Of a DNA stretch of 47,151 nucleotides, positions 7,761 to 16,200 are shown one piece after another (within the stretch, counting starts at the first letter, position 1; every line of letters starts with the position of its first letter). Location: contig JAYVCD010000019.1 in the NCBI GenBank assembly GCA_043750125.1, positions 1 through 47,151 of the forward strand. The letters run 5' to 3'. This DNA is from Archangiaceae bacterium (lineage in GTDB: Bacteria; Myxococcota; Myxococcia; Myxococcales; Myxococcaceae). The position numbers were made by a program, and so were the translations under genes. A model generated the notes under the pieces. The model ran no database searches, was not told the origin of the DNA, and saw nothing but the letters and a program-made list of their open reading frames with translations.

Positions 7761-8834
7761 ATGCCGTCTCGCTTGCTGAGCGCGTGCGTCCTCCTTCTTC
7801 TCATTGGGTGCGTCGGCGAGATCTTCACGCCGGTTGATTCGAGGCGTGACGCGGGAGTGACCGCCGACGCGGGCCCGACTCCGGACGGTGGCGGTGATTT
7901 TCAAGGCTTGCCTTGCGAGTTGACGGCGATGCTGGCCCAGCGCTGCGGCCTGTGTCACGGCACGCCGCTTTCGGGAGGCGCTCAGTTCGCGCTCGACACC
8001 CGCGACCAGCTGCTGGCGATTTCTCCGGGTTTTGGCGGGCAGACCCAGGCAATGCGCAGCCTCGCGCGAATGCGCCAGGGGACGATGCCTCCCGTTCCGG
8101 GGACGATTTCCGCGGCCGAAACGGAAATTCTGAATCGGTGGCTGACCGCCGGAAGCCCTGGAGGAGCCTGTGCGCTGCCGGTGGACGCAGGCGAAGAGGT
8201 GCCGGCCAGCTTGACCCGCAACAGCACTGCGGTTGTTGCCGCGCGGCTAAAAGTGCTCTTTCCCTCGTTCGACACGCTGCGGTTGACCGAAGGCAGAGGC
8301 ACCGGTCAAGCGCTTGGGCAGGGAGATCAGTTCGATCGGTTTTCGTCGTACCGCGCCACCGACGCGCTCGCACAACGGGCCGCTCGCGACCTGATCCTCG
8401 AGCTGTGCGCCACTCCCGAGACGCTCTTCGACGAAGCGGGCGTCTGGCTTGCGGGCGAAGCGCCTGCCGATGGGGGATCGCGCTGGGCGAGCGTCGCGGC
8501 GCGAAAAGCCTGGGGAGTTCCCGTCGAGCCTTCGGATCCGTCGGTCACCGCGCTGTCCGACCTGGCGGTCGAGCTTTCGCGCGATGGCGCCACCGATCAC
8601 GAAGTGAAACAAGAGCTGTGTGTCGCCGCACTCCTGGCGCCACAATTCTGGCTTGGGCACGACTCAGAGGCGCAAAAGCTCTCTCGGCTTTCCACCAGCC
8701 TGGCCGGTCGGGTTCCGACAGCTGCAGAGTGGCGCTCGTACCGCGACGGCACCCTCGACCTCTCGGTCTGGGTCAAGGCGCTGCAGACGGAACCAGGCTA
8801 CGTCACAACCGTTGCCGATTGGCACCGGTCATGA
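7761..8834 (+). CDS. Cytochrome c-type lipoprotein; N-terminal part of a probably interrupted gene
   Basis: ATG 7761, lipobox LIGC, CGLCH heme motif and MPP distal-ligand motif. SLAGRVPT..E (DUF1549-like) near the end. Ends at an in-frame TGA. Confidence 0.7.
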   Translation: MPSRLLSACVLLLLIGCVGEIFTPVDSRRDAGVTADAGPTPDGGGDFQGLPCELTAMLAQRCGLCHGTPLSGGAQFALDTRDQLLAISPGFGGQTQAMRSLARMRQGTMPPVPGTISAAETEILNRWLTAGSPGGACALPVDAGEEVPASLTRNSTAVVAARLKVLFPSFDTLRLTEGRGTGQALGQGDQFDRFSSYRATDALAQRAARDLILELCATPETLFDEAGVWLAGEAPADGGSRWASVAARKAWGVPVEPSDPSVTALSDLAVELSRDGATDHEVKQELCVAALLAPQFWLGHDSEAQKLSRLSTSLAGRVPTAAEWRSYRDGTLDLSVWVKALQTEPGYVTTVADWHRS

Positions 8835-10772
8835 TTGGGGGCCAAGGACCTGCGTCGCATTTTCGGCAACGATGATCCGCGGGGGGGCAAGTACCACTTC
8901 GCCCAGGGGGGAGCCAGCCCGCTCGCAGGGGAGACCGGGTTCCTCCAGAGCTTCCCCGACGCCGGCACCCACACCAACCGTTTTCACCTTCGTTTCTTCG
9001 CTCAGAACGTCAACTACAGCGGCTTCACCGACGGAGACCTCTGCGACGAAGCAGGCACCCCGCAGCAATTCGACCCGCGGACGACCGAGCTGTGGTTTCA
9101 ACACAAAAATCCGCGCGTTAACGACCAATGGGAAACGATTGGGGGGTGGGTCAAGGGGCCGACTGGCTGGTCGCAGCGCAACGGCCAGATCACCCTTGCC
9201 AACGGAAGCACCCTCGTGACGAAGCTCGGGGATCTGGCCCCGGCACTTTCGGTCGGGGGCACCACGACCTTCGCGTACCAATCCGGCCCGCTGCAAAACA
9301 CTCCAATTTCTCCGTTCATCGCCGGTCGCGCCCGATGGTTGCGGATCTCGCCCTCGGGCCCACAAACAGGTTGGAGCCCGGTGCGTACCTTTTTCGGCGA
9401 CCAGGAAATCTGGGTCTGCAACGGGCTGAGCCGCTTTCTGGCGGCCTGCGCTTACCAGCCGCTGCTTGAATCCAAAGGAGGGCCTCCTGCCTTCGGGGGC
9501 ATCTTCCCGTACTCCAGTCCTACCGAGCCCCCGTTCGATGTCACCCGGCCGTCGATTCAGCTTCAGGGGCATGACGGGGTGACACCGACGCTGAACTCAC
9601 TGGCGCACCCCACCATTCTCGAAGGGTTTCGCTGTGGAGTGCCGATTCCGAACAGCGTGGGCCTCTTCCCGACGACGGAGCCGTACAACGACCTCGCGTC
9701 CGGGGTGCGCATTGACCACAACGCCTTGATGTCAGATGGCAACTACCAGCCGGCCGAGGTCAGCGCGGCGCTGCCCGAAGCGTTCGCGCTCAAAAGCCTC
9801 AGCGACGACATCACCGCTGAGCCCGAGGCGCTGGTGCGGGAAATCATCGCTTCGCACCTCGACTACCGCGCGCTGCTGACAGCCGACTGGACCAACACCC
9901 GGGGTCCGGCAGAACTCGCGTACCGAACCCAATTCTACTACGTGCCGCTCAGGCCCACCGGCTTTGACGGCCCCCCGCCTCTGGTCTCGCGGCACGTGGT
10001 TTCGACAGACTTTGCCAAGCTGTCGAATTGGTGGCTGACCGACCCCGCGTTGCTCAACACCCTCACCGGCTACACCATCTTTACCTTTGTCCAGGCGGAC
10101 CTTCGCACCTCAAGACCGATGTCTGGGGTGTTGACCCAGGCCGCCTTCCTCGCTCCAGCTGGCTACAAGGTGCGCTCGGTCGCCGCCCGGATCTTGCGCA
10201 CCTTCACCTGCGCAGACATCTCGGGGTTTCAGCCCGACGCTCAACAGTTCGAGCTCCACCAACGCTTCATTCCAACCAGCGAGCCCACTGCGGCCTCGCA
10301 CATCAATCCTGGGAGCGGCTGCGTCGCCTGTCACATCAATATGGACCCGCTCGCGTCGGCAATCTCCTCTGGGTACCTCGAGACTGCGGTCGTCGGTTCC
10401 CGGACCCTCGAACGGCTGGCCGCGGGCGGCGAGCTCGCCTACTACTCACGGGGAGATTTTCTCGCCCATATGATTTACGGGCTGCGCGGGGTCGACAAGC
10501 CGTCGGAAGGCGCGCTGATGGGTCATCGGGTGCAGGGCATCAAAGAGGTTGGGCAGGTGCTCGCCAACAGCCGCGCTTTCGCCCGGTGTGCGGTGCGGCA
10601 CGCGTTCGAGGGCGCTTTCGGAAGGCTGCCCGTCGGCACCGCCGAGACGAAGCTGATTGACACCTCGACCGACCGATTCATGACCGATCGCTTCGGTGTG
10701 ACCCATGCCTATGACTACGACGCGATGGTCCGGGACCTCGTTCTCAGCCCTGAGTTTGGAGTGACGCCATGA
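8835..10772 (+). CDS. DUF1588/DUF1585-like heme protein; in-frame continuation of the previous ORF
   Basis: GVLTQAAFL, CVACHINMDPLA and LANSRAFARCAVRHAFEGAFGR. Begins at the codon right after the TGA, with no SD or signal peptide. Confidence 0.7.
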   Translation: MGAKDLRRIFGNDDPRGGKYHFAQGGASPLAGETGFLQSFPDAGTHTNRFHLRFFAQNVNYSGFTDGDLCDEAGTPQQFDPRTTELWFQHKNPRVNDQWETIGGWVKGPTGWSQRNGQITLANGSTLVTKLGDLAPALSVGGTTTFAYQSGPLQNTPISPFIAGRARWLRISPSGPQTGWSPVRTFFGDQEIWVCNGLSRFLAACAYQPLLESKGGPPAFGGIFPYSSPTEPPFDVTRPSIQLQGHDGVTPTLNSLAHPTILEGFRCGVPIPNSVGLFPTTEPYNDLASGVRIDHNALMSDGNYQPAEVSAALPEAFALKSLSDDITAEPEALVREIIASHLDYRALLTADWTNTRGPAELAYRTQFYYVPLRPTGFDGPPPLVSRHVVSTDFAKLSNWWLTDPALLNTLTGYTIFTFVQADLRTSRPMSGVLTQAAFLAPAGYKVRSVAARILRTFTCADISGFQPDAQQFELHQRFIPTSEPTAASHINPGSGCVACHINMDPLASAISSGYLETAVVGSRTLERLAAGGELAYYSRGDFLAHMIYGLRGVDKPSEGALMGHRVQGIKEVGQVLANSRAFARCAVRHAFEGAFGRLPVGTAETKLIDTSTDRFMTDRFGVTHAYDYDAMVRDLVLSPEFGVTP

Positions 10773-12301
10773 GCCTGCAGACGATGCGCTGGAATCGGAG
10801 GCTGCTGCTGCGCAACCTGCTGCTGGGCGCCGCGGCGGCGCCCCTGTTGCGAGCCCACGCCGGGGCGGCGCCTCGGCGGCACTTGATCAACATCGTCGTC
10901 CGCGGCGGGTGGGATTCTTTCTGGTTTCACAACGCGGTGAGGGCGAGCGAGGTGCTCGGCGCGGTCGCCACCACCGGCGCTCTGGTCGTCAACGGCGCCT
11001 TCGTGCAGCCGCCCGGAAGCTCGAACTACCGGGGCATCCTCGGCCCGGCAAGAGTGTTGTCAGACGACGCGCCGGTCGGCTCGCCGTTTCACATTCGTTT
11101 CCCTGATTCCTTTAGCCGCCCTCACCCGCATCAGCCCACCGCGCTGCTGGGCCCCGGATTTTCGGGCTTCCTCGACGCGGAGCTGAGCAATTTCTGCATC
11201 TGGAGGGGCATTCGCTCGGAAGGAGGGCACGACACCGGCAACCGCATTCTTCAGACCGGGACCACCGGGGACCAGACCTCTGCTTTTCCAGCGCTGGTCG
11301 CGGCCGAGCTCGCTGCGAAGCGGGGGCTGCGGCCACTGCACTACACCCAGCTGGCAACCTCGCGGATGGAGCTGTGCAACCAGATGGGGCCGCTTTCTCT
11401 CGCTGACCCGGTGATGATTCCGGACCTTGGGACCTGGGAGAATCTCACCGCCCCAAGCGCTCGCGAGTTCAGCACCAAACGACGGTCGCTGCTCGACGCC
11501 ACTTTCAGTCGACTCGCGAGCCATCAGCGGTTGCGTCAGGCCTCGAACCAGGTGGCTTACGACTCGTTCGCCTCCTCTCACGACGGCGCGATCAGCCTGA
11601 TGTCTTCAGGCCATGCGAAGGGTCAGGACTTCGTCTCGACGCTCGCCGACTACCGCGGTGTATTGACGGCGCTCGCGACCAGCCAACCGATGGCGCAGTG
11701 GTTCCCGCTCGCGAAGGTCGATGTCGAGCCGCTGGTCTTTCGTTTCGCCCTTGCCGAGTTCCTGGTGACCCACGACCTTGCGGCAGTGGTGGACCTCCCG
11801 GGGCTGACGATGGACTTCCATACCGAGAACGACAGCGACGTGATGGTGATGCTCGCGAACCTCACCGGGATGCAACTTCTGGTGCGGCGGCTCAAGGCGG
11901 CGCCGGCGCCCGAAGGCGGCACAATGCTCGACCACACCACGGTGGTGATGCACACCGAGATGGAGCGCACCCCCTTCCTGATGCCCAACCACGTCGACCC
12001 CTCGCGGGCCGGCACCGGCCACGGGGATTCCGCGACCAGCGCGTTCCTGGCCGGTGTGGGCATCGCCGGCGGACGCGTGGTCGGCGAGTTCGCCAGACCG
12101 GCCGGCCAACACACCACAGCTGAGTACGGCGTCGCCCCGTTCGCTCCGCTCCCGATCGACCTTGCGACCGGCAACGCCTCGCTGGCCGGACAGTTGGTAG
12201 GCGTGCGGTCGCTGTTCTCGACAATGCTCCAGAGCTTCGGTGCGGTCAGCCGCTCGCAGCTTCAGCTGCAGGCGCCAGTGGTGACCGCTTTGCTCGCCTG
12301 A
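10769..12301 (+). CDS. DUF1501 family protein, Tat-type signal
   Basis: NRRLLL signal, VVRGGWD, TTVVMHTEMERTP (cf. SEFGRTP), GTGHG and GIAGGRVVG. ATGA overlap with the upstream gene. Confidence 0.8.
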   Translation: MSLQTMRWNRRLLLRNLLLGAAAAPLLRAHAGAAPRRHLINIVVRGGWDSFWFHNAVRASEVLGAVATTGALVVNGAFVQPPGSSNYRGILGPARVLSDDAPVGSPFHIRFPDSFSRPHPHQPTALLGPGFSGFLDAELSNFCIWRGIRSEGGHDTGNRILQTGTTGDQTSAFPALVAAELAAKRGLRPLHYTQLATSRMELCNQMGPLSLADPVMIPDLGTWENLTAPSAREFSTKRRSLLDATFSRLASHQRLRQASNQVAYDSFASSHDGAISLMSSGHAKGQDFVSTLADYRGVLTALATSQPMAQWFPLAKVDVEPLVFRFALAEFLVTHDLAAVVDLPGLTMDFHTENDSDVMVMLANLTGMQLLVRRLKAAPAPEGGTMLDHTTVVMHTEMERTPFLMPNHVDPSRAGTGHGDSATSAFLAGVGIAGGRVVGEFARPAGQHTTAEYGVAPFAPLPIDLATGNASLAGQLVGVRSLFSTMLQSFGAVSRSQLQLQAPVVTALLA

Positions 12302-12353
12302 GGTGAGGCGTCGTCCTCGCCCTCACCGAGCCGTCATTCGCCGTTGGCTTCTT

Positions 12354-12580
12354 AAGTACCGGCCACATCCCGTGCTGAGGCGGTACATCCCAAAAGTGGA
12401 TGGCAAGCAGCGGCCACTGGGAATTCCGACAGTCAAAGACCGCATCGCGCAGACGGCGGCGAAGTTGGTGTTGGAGCCGATTTTCGAGGCGGATTTCACG
12501 TCCTCGTCCTTCGGCTTCCGACCGCGCATCGGCACGTTGCAGGCAATGGAAACCATCCGGGAAGAAGTGAACGCCGGGCG
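12354..12580 (+). pseudogene. Group II intron reverse transcriptase/maturase fragment (RT1-RT2a)
   Basis: YRPHPVLRRYIPKVDGKQRPLGIPTVKDRIAQTAAKLVLEPIFEADF...SFGFRP. No YADD motif and no intron domain V seen. Confidence 0.9.
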
Positions 12581-12754
12581 GCGGTCGAGGTCGCGCTGGA
12601 AGCGGTACAGCTGTTCGGCGGCAACGGGTACATGGCTGAGTTCCGCGTCGAGCAGTTGGCCCGTGACGCGAAGGTACTGCAGATCTACGGGGGCACCGAC
12701 GAGATTCAGATTTCGCAGATCGCCCGTAGCCTGGTGGCCGATGGCGCGCGCTGA
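12578..12754 (+). pseudogene. C-terminal remnant of an acyl-CoA dehydrogenase
   Basis: A frame not in the ORF track reads AAVEVALEAVQLFGGNGYMAEFRVEQLARDAKVLQIYGGTDEIQISQIARSL...TGA. Confidence 0.88.
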
Positions 12755-12757
12755 GGT

Positions 12758-13225
12758 CTAGCCCACGGACAGGGTAAGCGTGCCCTGAGCGATGCGCCTT
12801 TCACCGACGCTCGCTTCGACCTCGAACCGATGCAGGGCGTCGAGCCGGAACGTCCACATCACCCGGTAGTCGAGGCGTTCGCCCGGCATCGCCGCGGCAA
12901 GGAACTTGATGTTCGCCGCCGCGAGCACCGCACTGGGGGGGCTCGCGGGCTCTTTGCGCTCGGCCGATTCGAGTGCGCCCAACAGCGCGCAGGTCTGAGC
13001 CAGACCTTCGACGGTGTAGACCCCCGGCCAGACGGCGCGCTGGGGGAAGTGGCCGGCGAACACCGGCTCGGAGGCAGTCAGGTGCTTGTACGCGTTGAGC
13101 GCGGGGGGCTCGGTCGAGATTCCATCGACTCCATCGACGAGCAGCAGCGGGGGCCGATGGGGCAACATCCGACGGACGGCTTCGGCGTCGAGGCTCAGCG
13201 GTCGGAGCGTCTTTGAGTCGATCAG
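12758..13225 (-). CDS. fabZ: 3-hydroxyacyl-ACP dehydratase FabZ-like (start uncertain: CTG 13225 or ATG 13168)
   Basis: LPHRPPLLLVD, FAGHFP and PGVYTVEGLAQ hotdog-fold motifs. Confidence 0.8.
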   Translation of the reverse strand: MIDSKTLRPLSLDAEAVRRMLPHRPPLLLVDGVDGISTEPPALNAYKHLTASEPVFAGHFPQRAVWPGVYTVEGLAQTCALLGALESAERKEPASPPSAVLAAANIKFLAAAMPGERLDYRVMWTFRLDALHRFEVEASVGERRIAQGTLTLSVG

Positions 13226-13280
13226 GGCGAGCTCCTTTTCAGGGCGTGTCAGCCAGGTGAGGTACACCTGCAGACTGGCA

Positions 13281-16200
13281 ATGACCATCGCTGTCGTCGC
13301 AGAAAAACCGTCCGTGGGCCGCGATCTCGCGGCGGTGCTGGGTGCGACCCGGCGGGGGGACGGCACGCTGAGCGGCAACGGCTACGTGGTGACGTGGGCG
13401 ATCGGCCACCTGGTCGGTCTGGCCGAGCCCGAGGGCATTCGCCCCGAGTGGGGAAGATGGCGCCGCGAAGATCTCCCGATGCTCCCGAAGCGGTGGCCGC
13501 TGACGGTGTTCGAGCCCACCCGAGCGCAGTTCGAGGTGGTGAAGCGGGTGCTGAACGACCCGAGGGTCGACTCGGTCATCTGCGCGACGGACGCGGGCCG
13601 GGAAGGCGAGCTCATTTTTCGATTGATCTACGAGGCCGCGGACTGTCGCCGCCCGGTCCAGCGGCTGTGGATTTCCTCGCTCACCGACGGAGCGATTCGC
13701 GAAGGGTTGGCTCGGCTCAAGCCGGCAAAGGACTACGACCGCCTCGCCGACGCCGCGATGGGTCGCAGCCGCGCCGACTGGCTGGTGGGAATGAACCTCT
13801 CTCGGGCCTACGGGCTCGCGCTCGAGGCCCCGCTGTCGGTGGGAAGGGTTCAGACTCCGACGCTGGCAATGTTGGTCGAGCGCGAGCTGGCGATTCGCGA
13901 TTTTGTCCCCGAGGACTACCTCGAGGTGGTCGCGACTTTTTCGCCGCGTGAGGGGGCCTCGTACCGGGGCACCTGGTTTGATCCGAAGGCTGCGACGAAT
14001 CCCTCGCGCTTGCCCGCCTCGGCAGAGCGGGCGAAGGAACTCGTCGAGCGGGCGCTAAAGGGGAAGGCGCGAATTTCCTCACTGACTTCGCAGACGAAGA
14101 AGATGCCGGCTCCGTTGCTGTACGACCTCACCGAGCTGCAGCGCCACTGCAACCGGCTGGTTGGGTTCTCGGCCCAGCGGACTTTGGAGATCGCTCAGGC
14201 GCTGTATGAAAAGCACAAGCTGCTCAGCTACCCGCGCACGGACAGCCGGCATTTGTCGACCGAGGTGGCGGGAACCCTGAGCGGGGTGGTCGAGGCAATA
14301 TCCGCACCGTTCCAGGCCCAGCTGGCGGAAGGCACGGGGCTGCGGCCGCTCTCGAAGCGCTTCGTCGAGGACAGTCGAGTCACCGATCACCATGCGATCA
14401 TTCCCACCGCGGTTCGACCCTCGCCGCGGGCGCTGAGCGATGCCGAGCAGAAGGTGTACGAGCTGGTCTGTCGTCGGCTGCTTCAGGCCTGGCACGCGGA
14501 TTTCGTGTGGGCCGCCACGAGCGTGGTGACTGAGATTACTGAAGGCCGCGATGTCGATGGATACCGCAGTCATGGAACTGCGATTGAGCAGCTGGGCTGG
14601 AAGGTGCTCGAGGTGGGTGAGGCGCGCGCTCCGGGAGAGAGCGATGACCCTGTGCTGCCGTCGGGGCTCGAAAGGTTTCAGCCGCAGCGGGTCCTCGACG
14701 CGAAAGCAGTGCCGAAGCGGACGCAGCCCCCGGCGCGGTTGAACGACGCGACCCTGCTGACCGCGATGCAGACCGCGGGAAAGACCCTTGATGAGAAGGA
14801 ACTGTCGGACGCGATGAAGGACAGCGGGCTGGGAACTCCGGCCACGCGGGCGAGCATCATCGAGACGCTGCTGACGCGGGGCTACGTGGTTCGCGAAGGG
14901 AAGGCCCTGCAGGCAACCGCGCGTGGGGTCGGGCTGATCGCGGTCGTCGATGCCGAGGTCAAGAGTGCGGCGATGACCGGTGAGTGGGAAGCGCGGCTGC
15001 AGCGCATGGCGCGGGGGGAAGGGGACCTCGGGATGTTCATCGCCCGGGTCGAGGAGTACGTCGAGGCGGTCGTGGGCCGAGTGCCTCCGACTCTGCCTCC
15101 GTTGGGGGGAAGTGCTCCGCCCCGACCACCTGCTCGTGGAGCGCAGTCGTCGCTTTCACGATCTCATGGCTCGCCCTCCGATTCGATGGCCTCGCCGTCC
15201 GGTCGCGGTGAGCGTGCCGAACCGCGCTTGCCCATGCGCCCCCTTCGACAGGCCCAGGGTGAAGGGCCGGGTGAACGGCCCGGTGAACGGCCCGGTGAAC
15301 GGTCGGCTGAGCGCGGCGAACGGCTGCCCCCACTTCAAGATGCGCGGCCCGGGGATCTCGATGCGCTGTTGCGTGAGGTCTTCGGCTTCACTTCCTTTCG
15401 GCCGCACCAGCGCGCGGTCTGCGAGGCCGCCGCCGCGGGAAACGACGTGCTTTTGGTCATGCCGACCGGAGCGGGGAAGTCGCTTTGCTACCAACTTCCC
15501 GGCCTGGCCCGCGCCCGCACCACCCTGGTGGTCAGCCCCTTGATCGCGCTGATGGAAGATCAAGTCGCGCGGCTTCAGTCGCTCGGCCTTCGCGCTGCGC
15601 GCATTCACTCGGGCCGCGACCGCCTCGAGTCCCGCGCTGTCTGTGCTGAGTACCTCGAGGGGAAGCTCGACTATCTGTTCATCGCTCCCGAACGGCTGGG
15701 TGTCCCTGGCTTCCCCGAGCTGTTGGCCCGCCGTCCCCTCGGCCTGATCGCCATCGACGAAGCGCACTGTATCTCCCAGTGGGGGCACGACTTTCGGCCC
15801 GACTACCGCCTGCTGCGCGAGCGGCTTCCTCTGTTGCGGCCCGCTCCGATCGTGGCGCTCACCGCCACCGCGACCCCCGTCGTTCAACGCGACATCGCCC
15901 ACCAATTGGGGATGGGAGCGTCCGCCAAACAGTTCATCCATGGGTTTCGACGGGACAACCTGGCGATCGAAGCTCTCGAAGTACCGCCGCGAGAACGTCC
16001 TGCCCGGACCCGCGCCTGGCTCAGTGGGGTAGGCCGACTGCCTGCGATCGTCTACGCCCCGACCCGAAAGATGGCCGAGGCCGTCGCCGAAGAGCTCGAA
16101 GCGGACCATCGGGTGCGCGCCTACCACGCCGGCTTGTCGGCCCACGTTCGCGACGCCGTGCAGACCGCCTTTCTCGGTGGGCAGCTGGACGTGGTGGTCG

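Noticed and set aside
8832-8880. Selenocysteine insertion at the TGA
   Set aside because: No convincing SECIS hairpin, and the WHRS*LG context suggests Trp. Kept only as a minor alternative.
12302-12327. Hairpin GGTGAGGCG...CGCCCTCACC after DUF1501 as a terminator or intron structure
   Set aside because: Imperfect stem, no U-tract, and no resemblance to intron domain V.
12303-12761. 152-aa RT ORF as a retron, DGR or defence RT
   Set aside because: Only RT1-2a of a group II intron type, with no YADD, ncRNA or TR/VR pair. The second half is out-of-frame ACAD sequence.
13086-13280. 65-aa N-terminal extension of topB in the ORF track
   Set aside because: It overlaps fabZ antisense, and Toprim begins right after ATG 13281.
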